Origin: an uncultured Holophagales bacterium
Lineage (GTDB): Bacteria; Acidobacteriota; Thermoanaerobaculia; Multivoradales; UBA5704
DNA length: 64,000 nucleotides
Assembly: GCA_963842525.1 (NCBI GenBank)
Contig: CAWJGT010000034.1
Span: 160,001 to 224,000 of the forward strand
Direction of reading: 5' to 3'
Shown here: piece after piece, positions 50,343 to 60,011 of the stretch
How positions within the stretch are numbered: position 1 is the stretch's first letter
Layout: each line of letters begins with the position of its first letter
Position numbers and translations under genes: made by a program
Notes under the pieces: generated by a model
Told to the model about the DNA's origin: nothing
What the model saw: only the letters and a program-made list of their open reading frames with translations
Databases searched by the model: none

Positions 50343-50516
50343 AGTTGACAATTCCAAGAAAGGGCGGAGCCCCATAAGTGCCACCTGATTCTACAACTCG
50401 GAGCCCCCTGTGATCCACACCCATACGCATAAGAGCTACGAGGAACGACAGCCTTTAGGGCTTCTACCTACCCGCCGCATAATTCTACTTTGTCAGATTG
50501 AGCCCGGCTTGCGACT

Positions 50517-50733
50517 GCCCCGAAGGGGCAAAGGCGTAAAGCCTGGGGTTTCAACCCCAGGGACCTCGGCCCCCATCCAATCCTCAGCCCCGAAGGGGCG
50601 ACGGCATGGGCGAGGGGCGCGAGCCCCGCCTGCGGGTGGATGGAATGCCTGCGCCCCTTCAGGGCTCCAGAAAATTTGAGGGCGCCAACCTGGCGCTGAA
50701 GCGCCAGGCTTTATGCCCAGGCCCCTTTGGGGC
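50517..50733. repeat. REP/REPIN-like palindromic cluster
   Basis: GCCCCGAAGGGGC, CCTGGGGTTTCAACCCCAGG, CTGGCGCTGAAGCGCCAG, GCCCCTTTGGGGC. Confidence 0.7.
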
Positions 50734-50793
50734 CTCTCCAACCGAAGCCGAGCGAATCTGACGGGACGCCCGCGCTCCCAGGGAGAAACGCGG

Positions 50794-53700
50794 TCACGCC
50801 GCCTCCCGCCGCAGCCGTGCGGTCATCCACCCGCCCAGCCGTTCCTGCATCTGGTGCACCCATTGATAGAAGGTCGGCAGCGCCAGCAGGGTGAACAGGG
50901 TCGATGTGATCAGCCCGCCGATCATCACCACCGCCAGGGGGCGCTCGATCTCGGTGCCGTGCAGGTCGAGGACCAGGAGCGGCAGGAGGCCGAGGATGGC
51001 GCAGCCCGCGGTCATCAGCTTCGGGCGGACGCGGCCGATGCTCGCCTCGCGCAGCGCCTCCTCGAAAGGCCTGCCCTCGGCGAGCAGCGATCGGGTCTGC
51101 GCCACCAGGACGAGGCCGTTCTGAACTGCGATGCCGAAGAGGCCGATCAGCCCGACCAGGGAGGAGACGTTCCAGCTCTCTCCGGCGATCAGCAGGGCCA
51201 GGATGCCGCCCACGAAGGCGTCCGGCAGGGTGGCCAGGATGACGAGCGTCTCGGCGAGCGAGCCCAGGGCCAGGTAGAGGAGCAGGAAGACCGCCAGGAT
51301 CGCGGTGGCAATCGCCAGGGTGAGCGCGCGCGCCGCGCGCGCCTGGCTCTCCACCTTGCCGCCGATGTCGAAGAAATAGCCGGTCGGGAGGTCGAGCTCC
51401 CGACGCCAGCCGCTCGCGCACCTCCGCCGCGGTGCTTCCGAGGTCCCGCCCGGTGACGCTCGCCTCGACGGCGATCCGCCGGCTGCCGGCCTCGCGCTGG
51501 ATCGCCGCCGGCCCCACGGTCTCCTCGATCCGGGCGAGCTGGCCGAGCGGGATGCGCTCACCGTCGTGCCCATCGACGAGCAGGGAGCGCAGCGCATTGA
51601 CGTCGCCCCGGCGGTCGTCCTGCAGCCGCACGACCAGATCGTAGCGTCGCTGGCCGATCCAGATCTGTGACAGCTCCTCCCCCGCCAGCCCGATGCGAAC
51701 GGCTTCGATGACGTCCCCCGGCTGGAGCCCGGCCCGGGCGGCGCTCTGCCGGTCGACCTCGATGCGGATCTGCGGCAGGCCGGTGAGCTGCTCGGCCCGC
51801 AGGTCGGCGATGCCCTCGATGGGCTGCATGATCTCGCGGGCTTGGGCGGCGAGGCCGGCCAACCGCTCGAGGTCGGGGCCGAAGATGCGGACCTGGAGGT
51901 CGGCCGGCGTGCCGCCCAGGCCTTCGTCGATGCGCATGCCGAGGGGTGTGGTGAAGAGGACGGCGACTCCGGGCACGGGCTCCAGGCGCTCGCGCATGTC
52001 CGCCTCGATCTCTTCGAGCGAGCGGTCGCGGTCGCGCTTCAGGACCACCAGGACGTCGGACACCGTGTGGGGCATCGGGTCTTCGGTGCTCTCCGCCCGC
52101 CCGGTGCGGCGCACCACGTCCTCGACCTCCGGGACCTCGCGCAGGATCTCCTCGGCGCGGTGGTTCAGCCGGTCCACCTCCTGGAGGGACGCCTCGGCCG
52201 GCACCACGGTCTGGAGGAGGAAGGCCCCCTCGTCGAGCCGGGGCATGAAGTCGGAGCCGATGAAGAAGGCGAGGGCCAGGGCGGGGACCGTCACCGCCAG
52301 CGAGAGCACGCGCACCAGGCCCGCCCGGCGCATGCAGGCGTCGAGCACGGGGGCGTAGAACGCCTTGAGGCGGCGGATGAGCCAGACGTCCTCCGCGGCT
52401 CCGGGCGGTCTCGGCCGCAGGAACAGCGCCGCGAGGACGGGCACGACGGTCAGCGCCAGGACGAGGGCCGCGGCCACGGCGGCGACCACGGCGGCGGCCA
52501 GGGGCCGGTACATGCGGCCTTCGATGCCGGACATGGCGAAGAGCGGCGTGAAGACCGCGATCACGATCAGGGTGGCGAAGGCGATGGGCCGCCCCACTTC
52601 GAGCGCCGCGGCGAGCGCCTGCTGCCGGCGGGCCTCGCGAGCCGCCGCCGTCATCCGGTGCATGCGGTGGAGGATGTTCTCGGTCATGATGATTGCGGCA
52701 TCGACCAGCAGCCCCACCGCGATCGCCAGCCCCCCCAGGGTCATGGTGTTGATGCCGACGCCGAGCGGCTCGAGGATCAGCCCCGAGAGGGCGATCGACA
52801 GCGGCAGGGTCAGGGTCACCAGGAGGGCCGCGCGCAGGTTGCCGAGCAGGGCGAAGAGCACGCCCATGACCAGCACGGCCCCCAGCAGGACGGCGCGGCC
52901 GACCCCTCCCAGGGCGAGGGCAACCAGCTCGGACTGGTCGTAGACGAGGCGGAGCTGTACCCCTGGCGGGAAGGTCGGCTCCAGGTCGCGGAGCACCTGC
53001 CGCGCCTGCGCCGCCACTTCGACCGTGTCGGCCCCGAACTGCTTGACCAGCCGGCAGCTCACCACCTCGCCGGCGAGGCGGTGGGCGAGGCCGCGGCGCA
53101 CCGCGGGGGCCTCCCGCACCTCGGCCACGTCGCCGAGCAGGACCGGCGTGCCGCCGCGGACCGCGACGACCGTCGAGCGCAGGTCGTCGAGCGTCTGTGC
53201 GCGGCCCACGGCGCGAACGGTCCACTCGATCGGCCCCTGGACGACGAAACCGCCGGCAGCGCTGCGGTTCGCGCCCTCGGCGGCGTGCAGGACCTCTCCG
53301 AGGCTGATCGACCGCGCCACCATCCGCTCGGGGTCGAGTTGGATCTGGAACTGCCGCAGGTAGCCCCCCAGGACCTCGACGGCCGCGATCCCCGGCACGG
53401 CGAGCAGGCGGTTGCGGACCTCGAATTCCGCGAGGTCGCGCAGGGTCATGGGATCGGCGGCCCCGGGCTCGGCCTCCAGGGTGAATTCGAGGATCTCGTT
53501 GAGCCGGCCCGTCAGGCTGGACACGAGGGGTGTGTCGGTGCCGGGAGGCAGCTCCCGCGCCGCCTGGTTGACCCGCTCGCCGACGAGCTGGCGGGCGCGG
53601 TAGTAGTCGGCGTCGGGCTCGAATTCGACGCGGACCTGCGCCACGCCGAGCTGCGAGGTGGAGCGGACGCGGCGGACCTCGGGCAGCCCGGCGAGCGCCA

Positions 53701-53911
53701 ACTCCAGGGGGACGGCAACGCCGGTCTCGAGCTCTTCGGCGCCCATGGCCGGGTTCTGGACGATGACGCTGAAGACCGGCGTCGAGAGGTCGGGAAAGAC
53801 GTCCCGGGGCAGTCCCTGGAGCCAGACCGCGCCGAGGCCGGCGGCGGCCAGCACCAGGAGGAGCGCCAGCCCGGAGCGGGCGAACGAGCCGCGGAGGATG
53901 CGTTCGATCAT
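50794..53911 (-). CDS. CusA/CzcA family heavy-metal RND permease, frameshift near 51403
   Basis: DVFPDL, NTMTLGGLAIAVGLLVDAAI, EGRMYRPL, FMPRLDEG; C-terminal GRVRPKLMT..IERPLAVVMIGGL in another frame. Confidence 0.92.
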
Positions 53912-53920
53912 CGGCGCCTC

Positions 53921-55156
53921 CTAGTGATGGTGGTGCTCGCCGCCGCCGTGGGCCTTGTCGGCCTCGGCCTTGAGCAGGAAGGCCCCGTCCACCACGACGG
54001 TGATGCCCGGCGGGAGCCCCGAGAGGATCTCGATTTCGCCGCCGAGGTCGCGTCCGCGGCCCACGGCGCGGACCTCGAACGTCCCCGCGCTGCGCGGCAG
54101 GAAGACGACCCACTGCTCCTCGATGCGCTGGAGCGCCGCCGCGGGGACGGTCACCACGGTGCCGGTCGAGTCCGTGAGCGGCAGCCAGGCGGTGGCCGAC
54201 ATCCCCGGCCGCATCACCCCTCCCTGGTTGGTCAGATCGATCCGGACCGGCACCGTGCGCGAATCCGTGGCCACCTCCTTCCCCACCCGGGCGACGGTGC
54301 CCTGGAAGGTGCTCCCCGGCAGGGCGGCCAGGCTGACGTCGGCGACCGAGCCCTCGGCGACGCGCACGGCGTCGCGCTCGAAGGCATGGACGACCAGCCA
54401 GAGGCGCGACAGGTCGGCGATGCGGAACAGGGGCTCTGACGGATCGGCGGTCTCGCCGCGCAGGGCCTTCCTTTCGAGGACCGTGCCGCCGAGCGGCGCC
54501 AGGAGGGGGAAGCGGGACGGATCGCCGCCTCCGGCGTCCCGGGAGACGCCGAAGGAGGCGAGCGTGGCCCGGGTAGCCCCAAGGTCCGCCTCGGCCTCGG
54601 CCATCGCGGCCTCGGCCTGCTGCAGCTCGCCCTGGGAGACGATGCGTTCGGCCGCCAGGCTGCGCTTGCGCTCCAGGGTCTTGCGGGCCAGCCCGGCGCG
54701 CGCCGCGGCGGCCTCGTGGCCGGCCCGCGCCCGGCCCAGCTCCACGCTCTGCAGCTCGGCGAGGACCTGCCCGGACCGCACGCCCTGCCCCGCCTCGGCC
54801 CGCAGGGTGGCGACGCGGGCCGGGATCGGCGTCGACACGGCGGCGTAGGCGTTCTCGTTCACCTGCAGCTCTCCGAGGACCGAGACGGTCTGCTTCGCCT
54901 CCCGGGCTTCGGCCCGCGCCGTGGTCAGCTTGAGGTCGCGGAGCATCTCCGGGGCGATCCGGACGAGGCCGTCTTCCTCGGCTTCCCTTTCCCCTTCCCC
55001 GTGCGCGTGCTCCTCGCCTTCGGCGTGCTCCGCGCTTCCGGCTTCCACCGGCGTGTGCCCGGGCTCGTCCCCGGCGTGCTCCGTCGCGGGCTTGCCGCAG
55101 GCCGCGAGCAGGAAGAGGGTGATCAGCCAACAGAAACAGCGGATTCTGGTCGTCAT
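53921..55156 (-). CDS. CzcB/CusB family RND periplasmic adaptor
   Basis: Lipobox LAAC, His/Glu-rich N-terminus, LLAPLGG.V, IADLSRLW, RPGM, C-terminal HHHH. Confidence 0.9.
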   Translation of the reverse strand: MTTRIRCFCWLITLFLLAACGKPATEHAGDEPGHTPVEAGSAEHAEGEEHAHGEGEREAEEDGLVRIAPEMLRDLKLTTARAEAREAKQTVSVLGELQVNENAYAAVSTPIPARVATLRAEAGQGVRSGQVLAELQSVELGRARAGHEAAAARAGLARKTLERKRSLAAERIVSQGELQQAEAAMAEAEADLGATRATLASFGVSRDAGGGDPSRFPLLAPLGGTVLERKALRGETADPSEPLFRIADLSRLWLVVHAFERDAVRVAEGSVADVSLAALPGSTFQGTVARVGKEVATDSRTVPVRIDLTNQGGVMRPGMSATAWLPLTDSTGTVVTVPAAALQRIEEQWVVFLPRSAGTFEVRAVGRGRDLGGEIEILSGLPPGITVVVDGAFLLKAEADKAHGGGEHHHH

Positions 55157-56367
55157 CGCGAGGCTCCCGCCCTCGTCTCCAGCTCGAGGGCCGTCAGACG
55201 CGCCGCGAGCAGGAGGTCGTGGTAGGAAAGGCGGGTCTCCAGGATCTCGCGGCGGACCAGGAGCAGCTCGCCCAGGTTGATCTCGCCCACCTCAAAGCTC
55301 CGCTCGGCGAGCGCTTCGTTGTCCACGACGGCAGGCAGGGCCGTGCGCTCCATCTCCTCGACCGCCTGGAGGCGCCGCTGGTAGGCCTCGAACGCCGCCC
55401 GGACCTCAGACTCCGCGGCGCGCCGGGATGCCTCCAGTTGCGCCCGGAGGCTGCTCGCCCGCGCCTGGCCGGCGGCCCGCTCCACCTGCCCCCGCTGGAC
55501 CAGCGGCAAGGCGATGGCGAGGCCCGCCGAGACCACGTCAGCCCCCTCCTCCCGCTGGTAGCCGGTGCGCAGCCCGAAGCCCGGCCGCGCCAGCGCCTCC
55601 CCGAGACGGGCTTCGGCCTCGGCCTCCCGCACCCCGGCGGCGAGGGCACGAAGATCCGGCCGCTCGCCAATCCGGGCGAGGAGCGCGTCCAGGTCGTAGC
55701 CGGGAAGCTCCCGTAGAGGTCCCACGGGGTCGAGGCCCTCGCTCGCGTCGAGCCCGAGGAACGCCCGGAGCTCTCCGAGCGCGCCGAGGCGGTCCCCTTC
55801 CGCCACCCTCTGTCCAGCCCTTGCGCGCGCCGCGGCGATGCGTGCCCGGTTGAGGTCGAGCGCGGTGGCCTCGCCCAGCTCGTAGCGGCGCTCCGTGGTG
55901 GCGAGAAGGCGGCCTGCCAGCTCCCCCTCCTGCGCGGCAAGGACCAGGCGCTCCCCCGCCGCCACAGCCTGAAGGAAGGCCGCGGCGACCTCGCCCAGGT
56001 AGACCCGCCGCGTCTCGTCGAGCTCGGCCTGGGCGACCTCCAGGGTGGCCTCGGCGCCGGCGACCCGCGCGCGGCGGTGCGCGGCAGGCTCGAAGCCCTG
56101 GCTGACCGCGACCTCGTAGTCGGTGAAGGTTTTTTCAGCCTGCCGCCGGCCGCCGCCCCATTCGACCACCGGGTTCTCGCGCAGGCGGCGGGAGGCCGGG
56201 AGGAGCCGCGCCCGCGCCTCCTCCACCCGGCCCACGGCCGCGATCACCCGCGCCGCCCTTGCCCGGGCAATGTCGAGGGCTTCCGCCAGCGGCAGGGGAC
56301 GTCCCTGGGCGACCGCGCCGGGGACGAGCAGAAAGGCGGCGGCGCACACCGCCAGAACGTGCTTCAT
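55153..56367 (-). CDS. CzcC/TolC family outer-membrane efflux protein
   Basis: Signal peptide; RRYELGE, RPDL, LPL..R..G, SFEVGEI. Confidence 0.88.
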   Translation of the reverse strand: MKHVLAVCAAAFLLVPGAVAQGRPLPLAEALDIARARAARVIAAVGRVEEARARLLPASRRLRENPVVEWGGGRRQAEKTFTDYEVAVSQGFEPAAHRRARVAGAEATLEVAQAELDETRRVYLGEVAAAFLQAVAAGERLVLAAQEGELAGRLLATTERRYELGEATALDLNRARIAAARARAGQRVAEGDRLGALGELRAFLGLDASEGLDPVGPLRELPGYDLDALLARIGERPDLRALAAGVREAEAEARLGEALARPGFGLRTGYQREEGADVVSAGLAIALPLVQRGQVERAAGQARASSLRAQLEASRRAAESEVRAAFEAYQRRLQAVEEMERTALPAVVDNEALAERSFEVGEINLGELLLVRREILETRLSYHDLLLAARLTALELETRAGASR

Positions 56368-56452
56368 GACGGACCTCCCACACGATCGGCGCACCGACTG
56401 TCGCCGGTGCGCACGTCAGAACGACGGATGGAGTGTCAGCGTGGAAACGCCG

Positions 56453-56731
56453 TCAGGCGGCTTTGGGAACGTGGAAGACGCCGCGAGGCTCGCAGAACCG
56501 GGGAGCTTCCTCGGCGAGGGCGAGGAACGGCATCGCGCTCAGGTCGGGCGTCCTCTGCGACCGGATGGGCAGCGAGGCTCCGATCGGACAGCACGAGCAG
56601 GAGACGCAGACCCAGGAACAGAGGCCGGAGCACGGAGAGCACTCGTCATCGCAGCTCTCGAAGGCCTCGGCCGAGGCGGCCATCCCGAGGCCCACCAGGA
56701 GCAGCAGCGCGAACGCGATCCCTCTCCGCAT
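56453..56731 (-). CDS. Small Cys-rich exported leader-type protein
   Basis: MRRGIAFALLLL signal; CDDECSPCSGLCSWVCVSCSCC; ends PRGVFHVPKAA. Confidence 0.7.
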   Translation of the reverse strand: MRRGIAFALLLLVGLGMAASAEAFESCDDECSPCSGLCSWVCVSCSCCPIGASLPIRSQRTPDLSAMPFLALAEEAPRFCEPRGVFHVPKAA

Positions 56732-56857
56732 GCTGCGGGTTATATCACGGCCGGCGCGGCGCGTCGGCGAGCCCGGCTCGCTCCAGGTGAAGCCTGGCTC
56801 AGAAGTGCTAAATTCAAGGCCTCGGTTCACCGGCCGGAGCCAGCTTCGAGGTTCCAG

Positions 56858-58399
56858 ATGCCCGTCATCTTCATCAGCTATCGCCGCGAGGACAGCGCGG
56901 GCCACGCCGGCCGGCTCTTCGACCGGCTGCGGGAGCGCTTCGGCAAGGACCGCGTGTTCCTCGACGTGGTCGGGATCGCGGCCGGGGTGGACTTCGTCGA
57001 GACCATCGACAAGGCGGTCAGCTCCTGCGACGTGCTGCTCGCGGTGATCGGCCGCGAGTGGCTGACCTGCTGCGACAAGCAGGGCCGGCGGCGGCTCGAC
57101 GACCCGAACGACTTCATCCGGGCGGAAATCAACTCCGCGCTCAAACGGAATGTACGGGTCGTCCCCGTGCTGGTGGAAGGGGCGGAGATGCCGCCGACGG
57201 ACGAGCTGCCCGAAGAGCTGAAGCGCCTCACCCGGCGCCAGGCCGTGGAGCTCCGGGACAGCCGCTGGGACGCCGACGTCGAAGCCCTGATGACGACGCT
57301 GGAGGGAGACACGGCTGTGCCCGCAGCGCCGCCGCAGGCTCGCGGCGAGCCCGCCAGGCCGGAGGAGCAGCGAAGGCCGCGTCCCGCGCTGCTCTGGGGG
57401 ATCTGCGCTCTCGTCGCAGCGCTGCTTGCCGCCTGGGTGGCCTGGTCCTTCTGGCCGTCGCGGGAGCCGAAGGTGCAGCCGGCCGAGCCAGCCCGGGAAG
57501 CTGTGCGGCCACGGGAGCCCGAGCCAACGCCGGCCGAGCCAACGCCGGCCGAGCCATCGCCACAGCAGGAGCTCGCCAGCGGGCCGGCTCAGGAGCACCA
57601 GAGGCCGGAGGTCAAGCCGGAGCGGCGGACGGTCCGCGCGCCCCACCTGGTTGGGCTCTCCCTGGAGACGGCGACCGCACGGCTCCGGGGGTCCGGCCTC
57701 GCCGTCGGCGAGCGGGAGGCCCGGCAGACCGCCGAGGCGCCCGCAAGGCAGGTGCTCAGCCAGTGGCCACGAGCCGGCAAGCAGCTCGACCCGGGGACTG
57801 CGATCGACCTGGTCTACGCAGAGCCACCGCCGGATCGAAGGATCACAGTCCCCGACGTGGTCGGGACTCATTCGAAGACGGCCTTGGACATCCTCCTTCG
57901 CGTGGGCCTCGGCTACACCGGCGAGCCGGAGCCGAGCAAAAAAGAGCCGCACACAGTGCTCCGTCAGAAGCCGCCGGCCGGGAGCCGCGTCGAGAAGGGG
58001 GCGCAGGTCCACCTGGTCTTCGCCGCACCGGTCGAAAAGATCGAGGTCACGGAGGTTAACCCGATCCCGGTCGAGGTGCCTGACACCGTCGCCCCAACGA
58101 TCGTCTACATCTTCTACTCCGGCGAGGCCGATCAGGACACGGCCAGGCAACTGATGAGCTTCCTGCAAGGCCTCAAGCTGCAGAAAGCCCGTTACGTGAT
58201 CTCGCGGTCCAGACCTGAGCGGAAGCCGGGCAAGCTCCTCTATGGCTCGGAAAAACATGCCGAACTGGCCAAGGCGATCGCGCACCATGCCGGCTCCTGG
58301 CTGTGGAAGACCTACAACCGCGAGGTGCGCCTCGAAATGGAGCTCGACACTCGTCTCAAGGAGGACGAGCTGGCGCTTACGATGCCCAGCTCGCGGTGA
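56858..58399 (+). CDS. TIR-TM-PASTA(x2) protein
   Basis: IFISYRREDS, LLAVIGREW, DFIRAEI; TM; APHLVGLS..VLSQ.P.AG and VPDVVG..VLRQKP.AG. Confidence 0.85.
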   Translation: MPVIFISYRREDSAGHAGRLFDRLRERFGKDRVFLDVVGIAAGVDFVETIDKAVSSCDVLLAVIGREWLTCCDKQGRRRLDDPNDFIRAEINSALKRNVRVVPVLVEGAEMPPTDELPEELKRLTRRQAVELRDSRWDADVEALMTTLEGDTAVPAAPPQARGEPARPEEQRRPRPALLWGICALVAALLAAWVAWSFWPSREPKVQPAEPAREAVRPREPEPTPAEPTPAEPSPQQELASGPAQEHQRPEVKPERRTVRAPHLVGLSLETATARLRGSGLAVGEREARQTAEAPARQVLSQWPRAGKQLDPGTAIDLVYAEPPPDRRITVPDVVGTHSKTALDILLRVGLGYTGEPEPSKKEPHTVLRQKPPAGSRVEKGAQVHLVFAAPVEKIEVTEVNPIPVEVPDTVAPTIVYIFYSGEADQDTARQLMSFLQGLKLQKARYVISRSRPERKPGKLLYGSEKHAELAKAIAHHAGSWLWKTYNREVRLEMELDTRLKEDELALTMPSSR

Positions 58400-58571
58400 A
58401 CGGCTGCGCTTCCAGGAAGATGACCGATCCTGTCACCTTTTCCCCGCCTGCGGTACCTAGGGGAGTAGAGGGCTCCGAAAGATTCTCTTGTGGCCCTTAC
58501 GGCCCAATCGCCACTGTTCCGCCGATGGCCGGCGGTGACTCTCTGGTGTCCGCAAGGACGAGGAGGTTTGC

Positions 58572-59123
58572 ATGAAGCGACTGGTATCCATGGCTCTCCT
58601 GCTGCTGGTTCTCGTGGGGATCCAAGCCGGGGCGTCGACCTTCCTGGCGATGAGCCAGCGAGACCTGATCCAGGCCTCGCAGGCGGTCGTCCAGGGCCAG
58701 GTCCTCAAGGTCAGCTCGTTCTGGGAACCCTCGGGACGGATCATCGTCACCGAGGCGCTCGTCAAGGTGGACGAGGCGATCGTCGGCAAGAGCCCCTCAG
58801 TGGTGATCGTCCGGACGTTCGGCGGCACCGTGGGCGGCTACACGGTCGAGGCGCACGGGTTCCCGACCTTCCAGAAGAACGATCGGGTCCTCCTCTTCCT
58901 CGAGCCCGAGCAGAACGGCCTCAACCGCGTCACCGGCTATCAGCAGGGCCAGTTCCGGCTCGTCCGGAGCAAGGCGGGCCAGGAGATCGCGGTGCCGGCA
59001 ATGGAGCTCGGTACGCGCGTCATCACCCGGGACGGCCGCTCCATCGCCGCCCCCAGGCCGATCGCGCTCGACACGCTCAAGGGTCAGATCCGGGCCGAGG
59101 CGGCGCGCCTCGGACGCGACTGA
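58572..59123 (+). CDS. Secreted hypothetical protein (matrixin-associated)
   Basis: RBS AGGAGG; signal peptide; AVVQGQV, VRTFGGTVG, P.F...DRVLLFL. Confidence 0.7.
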   Translation: MKRLVSMALLLLVLVGIQAGASTFLAMSQRDLIQASQAVVQGQVLKVSSFWEPSGRIIVTEALVKVDEAIVGKSPSVVIVRTFGGTVGGYTVEAHGFPTFQKNDRVLLFLEPEQNGLNRVTGYQQGQFRLVRSKAGQEIAVPAMELGTRVITRDGRSIAAPRPIALDTLKGQIRAEAARLGRD

Positions 59124-59160
59124 GGAACGGACCGAGGACTCTTCCGGAGAGGAATGAACC

Positions 59161-59784
59161 ATGAAGCGGATCAACTTCCAACTCATCATCGCCCTCGCCC
59201 TCCTGCTCTGCATGGCCGCCGGCACCCTGTCGGCCTACGTGCTCCTCAGCCCCCGCCGGACCTGGGACGCCGATCCCAACATCATCGTCGACAACCGCGG
59301 CCAGGCGAGCATCTCCGACGGCGACCTCGGCCGTACGCGGACGCGTAATGCCATCGTGTCGAGCAGCGCCTGGAACGGCGCGGGCTCCGGGACGGTCGTC
59401 AATGCCACGGTCGGCTCGATCTCGAGCTTCCGGCTGGGTGACAACCGTCCGATGCTGAACTTCCGCGACCCCACCGGGGCCTGCTCGGGCAACTGCCTGG
59501 CGGCCACCTTCACCGGCTACTACTCGTCGCGCGGCAACGGCACCTATCGCATCAACGACGCCGACATCGTGACCAACACGGCTCACGCCTGGGCGTCGCT
59601 GGGCGAGTCCTGCTCCGGCGAGTTCTACATCGAGGGCGTGATGGTCCATGAGGTGGGGCATCTCCTCGGCCTGGGCCACACCAGCGTCGGAGGCGCCACG
59701 ATGTACCCGTCGGTCAGCTCCTGCAACAACGGTCCGGCCTCGACCGAGGCGGACGACGAGAACGGCATCAACAACCTCTACTAG
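59161..59784 (+). CDS. Matrixin-like (M10) zinc metalloprotease
   Basis: HEVGHLLGLGH and Met-turn ATMYP. Confidence 0.9.
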   Translation: MKRINFQLIIALALLLCMAAGTLSAYVLLSPRRTWDADPNIIVDNRGQASISDGDLGRTRTRNAIVSSSAWNGAGSGTVVNATVGSISSFRLGDNRPMLNFRDPTGACSGNCLAATFTGYYSSRGNGTYRINDADIVTNTAHAWASLGESCSGEFYIEGVMVHEVGHLLGLGHTSVGGATMYPSVSSCNNGPASTEADDENGINNLY

Positions 59785-59802
59785 GCCGCTCTGCATCCTT
59801 CT

Positions 59803-59833
59803 CCGCGGGGGCTCCCACGAGCCCCCGCGGTTT
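59803..59833 (+). terminator. Rho-independent terminator-like hairpin
   Basis: CCGCGGGGGCTC-CCAC-GAGCCCCCGCGG-TTT after the matrixin stop. Confidence 0.65.
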
Positions 59834-60011
59834 GCCTGTCACGCTTCCCGCCCCCCCGGCACCACAATTGTTAGGGAATAGTGCTCTTCTCTCCCTGATG
59901 CTTCGGCTGATATCGAGATGATTCCAGGGCGGCCTATGGTGGGCTCGCCCTCGCAGTCCCTTACAGGGCGCCGGCGGTGGGGCCGGGTCCGAACACGGAA
60001 GGAGTTCACAG

